IMG/VR virus record: IMGVR_UViG_3300027741_000027
Coordinates: 32,001-96,000 of that record
Reading direction: 5' to 3' (one strand)
Source of the DNA: a virus
DNA length: 64,000 nucleotides
Part shown: positions 52,969 through 59,509 of the stretch, piece after piece
How the letters are laid out: the number at the start of each line of letters is the position of its first letter
How positions within the stretch are numbered: the first letter of the stretch is position 1
Notes under the pieces: generated by a model
Databases searched by the model: none
Seen by the model: the letters and a program-made list of their open reading frames with translations, nothing else
Told to the model about the DNA's origin: nothing
Position numbers and translations under genes: made by a program

Positions 52969-53658
52969 TTACCATGCAGTGAAGATGTCTTCATAATCCT
53001 GCTGCAACGTTGAGAGGCTCAACTGCTGCTGCGGCTTATATCCAGCAAGCGCAATCGTATCTTCTCGCGTAACAGCCCTTTCTTCGTCCAACTTAGTCAG
53101 ATTTACAAAAGTGCCATTATTGACTCTATCCCTAATCGTAGAAAAAGCACTGCTTCTAGGATTGTCGGTATTAGAATAATCACAATTATCATGCAAGAGG
53201 TCAGCAAGATCGCCAGCAATCACGGTGTCATTATTAGCAAAATAATTGTTAATAAACTCTTCACGCTTCATTCTTTCTAGCTTGCGAGCAGGCTTACGAT
53301 TACTAGACTTTTCATCAATGTATACCTTTAGATCTTCCTCAAAAACGTGAAGCCTTCCATTAACTTTAATGTTGCGTAAAACTCCACGATTTGCATAACG
53401 CTCAATAGTTTTTTTACTTCTATTCGCCTTTTCAGCCGCCTTTTCGTAATCACAAACACTGAGCGGTTCGTGTGACCGATTGATAATCGCATCAATCCTG
53501 TCAGACAAAGTTTCACTAGCCGACTGATCTAGCAAACCCCTCTTGGTCAAAATATCATTCATATTTTTTGCAAAATAAGTTTTCTGTTCCTCTGTCAGAA
53601 CATCAATAACTTTTATCTCAATGGTTGTCAAAACATCATCTACATCTGAGTAATTCAT
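52969..53658 (-). CDS. Helix-turn-helix DNA-binding protein (excisionase/MerR-like)
   Basis: YEKAAEKANRSKKTIERYANRGVL...NGRLHVFEEDL; AAGGAG SD. Confidence 0.7.
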   Translation of the reverse strand: MNYSDVDDVLTTIEIKVIDVLTEEQKTYFAKNMNDILTKRGLLDQSASETLSDRIDAIINRSHEPLSVCDYEKAAEKANRSKKTIERYANRGVLRNIKVNGRLHVFEEDLKVYIDEKSSNRKPARKLERMKREEFINNYFANNDTVIAGDLADLLHDNCDYSNTDNPRSSAFSTIRDRVNNGTFVNLTKLDEERAVTREDTIALAGYKPQQQLSLSTLQQDYEDIFTAW

Positions 53659-53688
53659 TGTGTCTCCTTATACTTTTATATTAATTGA

Positions 53689-53910
53689 TTATGCTTGATC
53701 CCAAGCGGGCCAATCATAAGTCTCAGCGATATCAAGGGCGGCTGCTTCAACACCATCGTTCGTCACAGGTTGCCAATCTGTAGTGTCCACTACAGTCTCA
53801 GCCTTGTTCAGTTCGATGTTTTGAGTTTCCAGCAGAACCCTGTCTACCTCGCCCGTCTCAGTGTTTACAAATACTGATACAGGAACTGTGTATTGCACTA
53901 CGACTTCCAT
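53689..53910 (-). CDS. Small acidic protein, paralog of 49928-50146
   Basis: Clearly alignable by eye over its full length. Confidence 0.7.
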   Translation of the reverse strand: MEVVVQYTVPVSVFVNTETGEVDRVLLETQNIELNKAETVVDTTDWQPVTNDGVEAAALDIAETYDWPAWDQA

Positions 53911-53940
53911 CACTTCTCCCTCTGTTGGTTTGTAATAACT

Positions 53941-53973
53941 ACTCTAGCAAACTGATGGTAAAGAACAGGCAAA
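53941..53973 (-). promoter_or_regulatory. TTTAC-box promoter
   Basis: TTTGCC-N5-TTTACC-N10-TAGAGT with TG extension. Confidence 0.7.
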
Positions 53974-53975
53974 AC

Positions 53976-54248
53976 CTATTCAGTGTCCAGAGCGTGAATC
54001 TCTGTAAGCCGCTCTGCGATCTTATCAAGATCCTTTGGTGTCTCTTCGATAGGAAGAAACGGATCGTCATGGTCAATAATTGTTAGAATAAGTTTCTCAT
54101 CATCTGAGGCTGTATCAACAATAAAGTTTGCTGTCTTGCCGATGATCGAAACTTCTCCTGAGTCAGTCACCTTAGCTTCGTATGGTGTCATCATGGAAAT
54201 ATATCCTGCCACCATGTTGTCCACTACTTCCTGATTAGTCATTGTCAT
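53976..54248 (-). CDS. Hypothetical acidic protein
   Basis: 90 aa, coupled. Confidence 0.65.
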   Translation of the reverse strand: MTMTNQEVVDNMVAGYISMMTPYEAKVTDSGEVSIIGKTANFIVDTASDDEKLILTIIDHDDPFLPIEETPKDLDKIAERLTEIHALDTE

Positions 54249-54474
54249 ATCTTTCTTCCATTAGGTCAAGCCCGAACCTGAGTAGCAGCTTCGATGCAGC
54301 AATGAGTTTAGCAGACTTATCAAGCTCTGCCTCTGCTAGCTCAGGATCAATCGTTAGCATACTCTTGGCGAATTCATTTCTTTGAACAACACCGCGATTG
54401 ATTTCTTTTGTCGCGGTGTTGAGTGCGCCTAGCACATCGTCAAGCCTAGTATCCGTATGCGCAATAATTGTCAC
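54235..54474 (-). CDS. Hypothetical protein
   Basis: 79 aa, GTG start. Confidence 0.6.
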   Translation of the reverse strand: MTIIAHTDTRLDDVLGALNTATKEINRGVVQRNEFAKSMLTIDPELAEAELDKSAKLIAASKLLLRFGLDLMEERYDND

Positions 54475-54653
54475 TTGCCATCCCTCACAGGATCGTGCTT
54501 AGGTGGCTTGGTACCCATAAACGCCGGGTGCATCGTGCGAGCCACAGGGCGCGGCACATCAAGCATATGATTCTGCTTGTAGATCGTTACAGGTTGGCCC
54601 GCCATCTGCGCATGATCCAGAGCGGCCTTCCACTGATTCATAAAATCACTCAT
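54471..54653 (-). CDS. Hypothetical protein
   Basis: 60 aa, AAGGA SD. Confidence 0.6.
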   Translation of the reverse strand: MSDFMNQWKAALDHAQMAGQPVTIYKQNHMLDVPRPVARTMHPAFMGTKPPKHDPVRDGK

Positions 54654-54667
54654 TTGTTTTCCTTTGT

Positions 54668-55030
54668 TTAGTACCTGAATAGGTAGTTGTTGCCTTGAAA
54701 TTCTACATCGGTGTAATCATAACGAAGTTCGTCTGCTGCTGCCGACCAATCAATATGAGTGGCAGGCCAAGTTGTTTCGTCATCAATGGCTCCGATATCG
54801 TGAGCAAATTCTTTGGCGTAATCCTCAAAATAATCTTCATCAATAAAATATACGCTATCCCGATCTGCTTCTTCTAGCGTGATGCCCATATCAGATTCAA
54901 GCTCAATAAGCTCATTAAGCTCTTCTTGCAGATTTTCTTTTTCGAGAGGAAGAAGGGTGTTTTCTTCTACATTATTTTGTAGAAGCTCAGTAAGTTCTAC
55001 CTTGCGATTAAGTAGTGCATTAATATCCAT
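54668..55030 (-). CDS. ArdA-like acidic antirestriction (DNA-mimic) protein
   Basis: YFIDEDYFEDYAKEFAHDIG...WPATHIDWSAAADEL..DYTDVEF; very acidic; start reassigned to ATG 55030. Confidence 0.6.
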   Translation of the reverse strand: MDINALLNRKVELTELLQNNVEENTLLPLEKENLQEELNELIELESDMGITLEEADRDSVYFIDEDYFEDYAKEFAHDIGAIDDETTWPATHIDWSAAADELRYDYTDVEFQGNNYLFRY

Positions 55031-55059
55031 TACGATCTCCTTAGTTGGTTGTTGCAATC

Positions 55060-55092
55060 AGCATAGCAAATCAAGGGTAAAGACTTAGTAAA
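55060..55092 (-). promoter_or_regulatory. TTTAC-box promoter
   Basis: TTTACT-N5-TTTACC-N10-TATGCT with TG extension. Confidence 0.7.
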
Positions 55093-55094
55093 AC

Positions 55095-55310
55095 CTAATC
55101 CTTGTCCTCGCTAAAGTCAGGAAGCGGATCCGCAAAGTGAGTCATGTACATATCCACTGCCTGCTTGACCTGATTGTAAAGACTAGCAGCATGAGGTTCT
55201 ACAAAAGCATCATACTTTTCATTCCACTCAATGCCTTCATCCTGAGCCTGCTGGAAATAACTATCGCTAACATAATCTTCGATAGCTTTGTAAATATTAT
55301 TGTCAGTCAT
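55095..55310 (-). CDS. Hypothetical acidic protein
   Basis: Start reassigned to ATG 55310. Confidence 0.6.
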   Translation of the reverse strand: MTDNNIYKAIEDYVSDSYFQQAQDEGIEWNEKYDAFVEPHAASLYNQVKQAVDMYMTHFADPLPDFSEDKD

Positions 55311-55548
55311 TCTTGTCCCCCTCTGATTTAATATTGAATGGAATGGTTGTCTCTGCATCTGTAATAAAACTAATCTCAGCCCATTCGATTGAATCCTCGT
55401 TATAGATTCCGACAATTCGGGCTACGTCATCGTTGTCGTCTGTGTGCTGCTCTACGGCCTCCTGAAAGCTGCTGTAAGGGCCGTACTGCCCTAGCGTATC
55501 GGGATTGTCAGAAGCAGGGCCATTGAGCAATAGAGCGTATACTTTCAT
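55303..55548 (-). CDS. Small acidic YGPY-motif protein
   Basis: GQYGPYSSFQEAVE; GGAG SD. Confidence 0.65.
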   Translation of the reverse strand: MKVYALLLNGPASDNPDTLGQYGPYSSFQEAVEQHTDDNDDVARIVGIYNEDSIEWAEISFITDAETTIPFNIKSEGDKND

Positions 55549-55560
55549 CATTGTCTCCTA

Positions 55561-56157
55561 TCAAGTGTGAACGTCACAGGTAAGGATAGCAAGCCCGAAG
55601 TCCTCGCCATCAGTTAGGTCAAAGGTACGCGCCGTGTAAGGCGAAAACTGATAAGCATTAAAGAACGGCGGAGTAAAATACTTATCATTAAGCTGCTCAT
55701 AAACCCTAGCAAGGTTAGGACGAACCGATAGCCTCCAAGAATCAATGCCATCATCGGTGCCTGCGTAGCTAGCTGCAAGAGCCTCACGAATAGTTTGGGC
55801 AGCTTCATCAGTAGATTTAAACTTATACTGATAATTATGATCGCCCTCAGTCAGAACGCGAAGATCGTTGCCGATATCCCAATACATACAATTGTATGCA
55901 GACTTCATAGCGGCATCGTAGTCCCAGCTATCACGATCATCAACCCAAGAGTCAAAGCCGCCGCGATAGGTGTCATCACTAATCACTGCCTCGCCATCCT
56001 TGACGGCTAGGGCAAGAGGTGTGTACCAATTGTTATCGTCAAACTTATGCTCAACATAAGAACTAAATGCACCATGTTCAATTGCAAAGATACGTCCGTC
56101 CTGAACAATGTCGTCAGTGTCATCAATGTTAATAAGAAAATGCTGTAGAGCGTGAAT
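55561..56157 (-). CDS. Acidic hypothetical protein, probably initiating at ATT 56157
   Basis: The frame stays open 57 codons upstream of the GTG at 55986. GGAGG lies 8 nt before the ATT, with an in-frame TAG just upstream. Confidence 0.55.
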   Translation of the reverse strand: MHALQHFLINIDDTDDIVQDGRIFAIEHGAFSSYVEHKFDDNNWYTPLALAVKDGEAVISDDTYRGGFDSWVDDRDSWDYDAAMKSAYNCMYWDIGNDLRVLTEGDHNYQYKFKSTDEAAQTIREALAASYAGTDDGIDSWRLSVRPNLARVYEQLNDKYFTPPFFNAYQFSPYTARTFDLTDGEDFGLAILTCDVHT

Positions 56158-56198
56158 TGTAATCGCCTCCTATGGCGGTCTGTTTAGTCAGTAGATAC

Positions 56199-56241
56199 AA
56201 CTTAGCAGTTTCGCTTTTGTCTTGGGTAAAGGTTTGGTTAA
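56199..56241 (-). promoter_or_regulatory. TTTAC-box promoter
   Basis: TTAACC-N5-TTTACC-N20-TAAGTT with TG extension. Confidence 0.65.
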
Positions 56242-56423
56242 GACTTGCTCAACTTACGTTCGATGTACCTAACGAGAATATCAGCGTTAGCGATATCGCC
56301 CTCCATGTATTTAATCATCTCGTCGTTGTTGTCCTGAGTTTCTAGCGTATTTTGCAACTCCTCCGCATAACTATTTGCGATGCGGATAATTTCTTCTGCA
56401 ATATCATTCTCAATACTAATCAT
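56238..56423 (-). CDS. Hypothetical protein
   Basis: Start reassigned to ATG 56423 (ATGA overlap). Confidence 0.6.
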   Translation of the reverse strand: MISIENDIAEEIIRIANSYAEELQNTLETQDNNDEMIKYMEGDIANADILVRYIERKLSKS

Positions 56424-56803
56424 ACTTCCATCTCCTCGCAATTACAATCCCAATCCATATCCTCGCCGCAATCATCGCAAAGGCTATCATCCTCCTGTGG
56501 ATCAAAGTCAATCGTGAGGGTCTTGACCCTATTGCGATTGTCAAACTCTGCGTACACAGGGTACACACCGTCACCGTACAAGGTGCCACAGGCGATAGCA
56601 AGGTTCTCAAGCTGTCCGTAACCATTGCTACTCAGAGTTGCGTTGCAGCAACCATCGTAATTCATTTCGTATGATGAACTTGGCTTATTCTTAGTGCTAG
56701 TGTCAAATTCTTTTACAAAGTCTGCATTGATGTAGCAGGGGTCAATAATCATAATCTGGCCTGAGTCTACCGCGACCTGACCGATAAGTGTCTTTGTAGT
56801 CAT
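56420..56803 (-). CDS. DUF4241-like protein
   Basis: IGQVAVDSGQIMIIDPCY...TLYGDGVYPVY; start reassigned to ATG 56803 (AAGGAG SD). Confidence 0.7.
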   Translation of the reverse strand: MTTKTLIGQVAVDSGQIMIIDPCYINADFVKEFDTSTKNKPSSSYEMNYDGCCNATLSSNGYGQLENLAIACGTLYGDGVYPVYAEFDNRNRVKTLTIDFDPQEDDSLCDDCGEDMDWDCNCEEMEV

Positions 56804-56840
56804 TGTGTTTCTCCTTGTTTTGTGTTCAACAACTGAATAC

Positions 56841-56883
56841 AACATAGCAAACCGTTTCACCGCTTGGGTAAAGACTTGGCAAA
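56841..56883 (-). promoter_or_regulatory. TTTAC-box promoter
   Basis: TTTGCC-N5-TTTACC-N20-TATGTT with TG extension. Confidence 0.7.
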
Positions 56884-56885
56884 AC

Positions 56886-57194
56886 CTACGTTCCCCGAAT
56901 GGTGGCACCCTTTAGAGGCCAACCCTGACACACCTTCACAGTGACATTCTTTCCAACTGGATTATTTGCTGTAAAAGTAAACAGGACTGTATCACCCTTG
57001 CCGCAACCCTTGAATCCAACAAATATAGAATCGCGGTCAATAAGTTTTACATTAGTAAATCCATTGGTCACAAGGGTATTCTCTGCCACCCTCTGATCTG
57101 CAAACTGTCCAAACGCACAACCCGCAAACAAAACAAAAACAATAGCTACGAGGGTTCCAACCCATGTATATTTATCTTTGATATTTCTTTTCAT
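56886..57194 (-). CDS. Membrane-anchored/exported small protein
   Basis: N-terminal TM helix; GC...D...F.A.NP.G..V...VC.G..KG.TIR family pattern. Confidence 0.65.
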   Translation of the reverse strand: MKRNIKDKYTWVGTLVAIVFVLFAGCAFGQFADQRVAENTLVTNGFTNVKLIDRDSIFVGFKGCGKGDTVLFTFTANNPVGKNVTVKVCQGWPLKGATIRGT

Positions 57195-57619
57195 TAGTAA
57201 AGGTGTCCTGATCTAGAGAATGGGTCTTGCATGATCTTAGCTCGCATCTTCTCAAGATCAGCAAGGTCGTTGTGAGAGCGTTCTGCCCTGTGATTAGTCA
57301 GTTGGTCTTGGATATAGCGCAGCTTGGACACGGTATGCGGCCTAGCGTCAGTGGAATACCTATCGGGGACGCTCACGGTCATGCGAGGGTCACGGATAAC
57401 AGACTCAACCCGTTCAGACCACTCCTGTTCCTCCTGAGACTTCTTATTGGCCTTAGCAGCGTGAGCCGCTTGGATTCCAGTGATGGTAACAGGGGCAGAA
57501 GTGCCTGTGATTACTTTTTCTTCTGTATGTTCGGGACAGTTGAGAGGTAAACGACCGCGCTGTGCGGCTCTCTGCCACTCATGGTTCCCTGCTTGGCAAT
57601 GCAATGTTTTCATAGTCAT
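57194..57619 (-). CDS. Hypothetical protein with an N-terminal C/H metal-binding motif (leaderless)
   Basis: CQAGNHEW...CPEH; ATG 6 nt after the -10 box. Confidence 0.65.
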   Translation of the reverse strand: MTMKTLHCQAGNHEWQRAAQRGRLPLNCPEHTEEKVITGTSAPVTITGIQAAHAAKANKKSQEEQEWSERVESVIRDPRMTVSVPDRYSTDARPHTVSKLRYIQDQLTNHRAERSHNDLADLEKMRAKIMQDPFSRSGHLY

Positions 57620-57625
57620 AAGTTT

Positions 57626-57668
57626 ACCTTAGCACACTTGATTACTTTTTAAGTAAAGACTTAGTAAA
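57626..57668 (-). promoter_or_regulatory. TTTAC-box promoter
   Basis: TTTACT-N5-TTTACT-N20-TAAGGT with TG extension. Confidence 0.7.
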
Positions 57669-57754
57669 GGAAGGGAGGACGCAGCGGGGGAGTATTGTCT
57701 TTTATATCCGAAGCCAATGGGGACGGGCATTGGCTGGAGTCCTCAATATATTAC

Positions 57755-58741
57755 TTAAGCGTTAAGGACGAGTTCAAAGCCCCTCTGCTTAAGTGCGTTG
57801 TCATCGAAGCTACGCGCCATTTGTGAGCCACGCTTAGTCATCTTGCGACCGTAATCGGCATACTCTGCGATTGCGTTAGCTGCGCACCACTTGCTGCCCG
57901 GTGCGTTGCCTGTAGTGTCGCCATTGACGCCTTCGCCCCTGTAGATCGCCATGATTGCATTCTTTGCAACTGAGCGATTAGTTACAGCACGATCACCCAT
58001 GCTGCCCTCAACAGGGTAAAGCTCATCAAGAACAGAGCGCAGACGGCCCTCTGAAAAAGAAGTCAGAGCCAACTGATCGCCAAGATCCTTAAATTGCTTG
58101 TAATAGTCAATGGTAATACCCATGACGTTACGAGCCTCATGGAGCTTTGCATTAATATTACCTGTGTGACGTACAGTGTAGGTGCGCTTACCCTGCTTGG
58201 CCCTGCTTACAGCCCAACCAAGAGTGTTTGCGCAAACAATACGAATTGGGCTAACAGACACAAGGCAAGCAGACTTACCATCGTGAGCATTAGCAATAAA
58301 TACATATTGCCCAACATCGTCACCTGCAACCTGAATGTAATCAGGCATCTTGCACAGTACCCATACCTTCTTACCTGCGTACAGGGAACCTGCGGTTTCG
58401 TACATCATATCTGTGCCAATAAGATTGTCCATGAAAGCAAATGCCTCATGGTTCTGAATTGGCTTGTAACGCTCTGTTACGACACCCATTACATCGTTGG
58501 TATCCTCACGGACGTTCATCCAAAGATTGTCTACCTTTGGGTACGTTGTGATGTTCTGACCACCGACGTTGGTAATAATTTCCTGATGAACAGGGCGCTG
58601 AATGATGTTCCAATCAAGACCTGAAAGCTCTAGTGCTTCCTTGATCGAACCGGGGTACTGATCTAGTACGTTACCAAGACCATGCCACGGCATTTCGCGT
58701 ACCGAGAACATCTGATCTTTGTCTGTAATTCCGTGTGCCAT
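57755..58741 (-). CDS. DUF932 family protein (TIGR03299-like)
   Basis: PWHGLG...ALELSGLDW...VVTERYKPIQN...YETAGSL..GKKVW...NAHDGKSA...PIRIVCANT...HT. Confidence 0.85.
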   Translation of the reverse strand: MAHGITDKDQMFSVREMPWHGLGNVLDQYPGSIKEALELSGLDWNIIQRPVHQEIITNVGGQNITTYPKVDNLWMNVREDTNDVMGVVTERYKPIQNHEAFAFMDNLIGTDMMYETAGSLYAGKKVWVLCKMPDYIQVAGDDVGQYVFIANAHDGKSACLVSVSPIRIVCANTLGWAVSRAKQGKRTYTVRHTGNINAKLHEARNVMGITIDYYKQFKDLGDQLALTSFSEGRLRSVLDELYPVEGSMGDRAVTNRSVAKNAIMAIYRGEGVNGDTTGNAPGSKWCAANAIAEYADYGRKMTKRGSQMARSFDDNALKQRGFELVLNA

Positions 58742-58896
58742 TTGCTGCTCCTTTGTTTTGTTGTATTCAACTGCTGAACAGGAGTGTAGCAGCTATTTCA
58801 TCATTGAAGAGGATTTTACCAAGATTTTACCTTTCGATATGATTCTGGCTTGATTAATCTTATTAAAATAAGAAAAACAAATCTTTAATTAATACA

Positions 58897-59052
58897 ATGA
58901 GTTTATTGAGAATAGACAACCAGCTAAAAAGAGTTTGGATTCTCAATAAAAGAATTCATCACGGAGCAGTTGGATTCGTTATGTTTGTTGCGGGAATTGC
59001 CTTAATGCAGAATGATTGGCACGATTTTCCGTGGCTTCGTGATAATGATTGA
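58897..59052 (+). CDS. Small membrane protein (51 aa, below cutoff)
   Basis: Hand translation MSLLRIDNQLKRVWILNKRIHHGAVGFVMFVAGIALMQNDWHDFPWLRDND. Confidence 0.55.
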   Translation: MSLLRIDNQLKRVWILNKRIHHGAVGFVMFVAGIALMQNDWHDFPWLRDND

Positions 59053-59080
59053 GATTCCGAACCTTAAATAGTAGATACCT

Positions 59081-59509
59081 ATGTTATTAGCATCATTTTC
59101 AAGCTTTATGGGGCAACCCACCCCTCTCGTCATCTTTGAATTGATCGGCGCAAGCTTGGGATCTTATGCTCTTTTTTCTTATATTAAAAATATCAATGTA
59201 AAATCACAATTAACGGCAAAAGATACAATAATTGAAACCAATCAACAAACTATAGTATCATATGGAGAAAGATTAGATTCTTTGGAAGCTCAAGTCAAAG
59301 CCCTTGAGAAAGAAAACAATTTTCTTAAGACCGAATTAACTAATTGGGAAGAAAAATATAGGTCGCTTGAGAGCTTTGCCGCTCCGCAACTAGGCGAAAA
59401 ATTAATTAAGATGTTCGAACAACAAGAGGATTTGTTAAGTAAAATGGTGTGTGCATTAGAAGGAATCCAAGCTAAAATTGATTCCTTTGATGAACAGCAG
59501 AGTGAGTAA
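59081..59509 (+). CDS. TM plus coiled-coil protein (holin/spanin-like architecture)
   Basis: N-terminal hydrophobic helix followed by a long heptad region. Confidence 0.5.
   Translation: MLLASFSSFMGQPTPLVIFELIGASLGSYALFSYIKNINVKSQLTAKDTIIETNQQTIVSYGERLDSLEAQVKALEKENNFLKTELTNWEEKYRSLESFAAPQLGEKLIKMFEQQEDLLSKMVCALEGIQAKIDSFDEQQSE

Noticed and set aside
45253-57668. Recurrent GTAAA repeats as a CRISPR or mini-array
   Set aside because: The units are short, degenerate and separated by whole genes. There is no constant spacer length and no cas genes; they fit promoter architecture instead.
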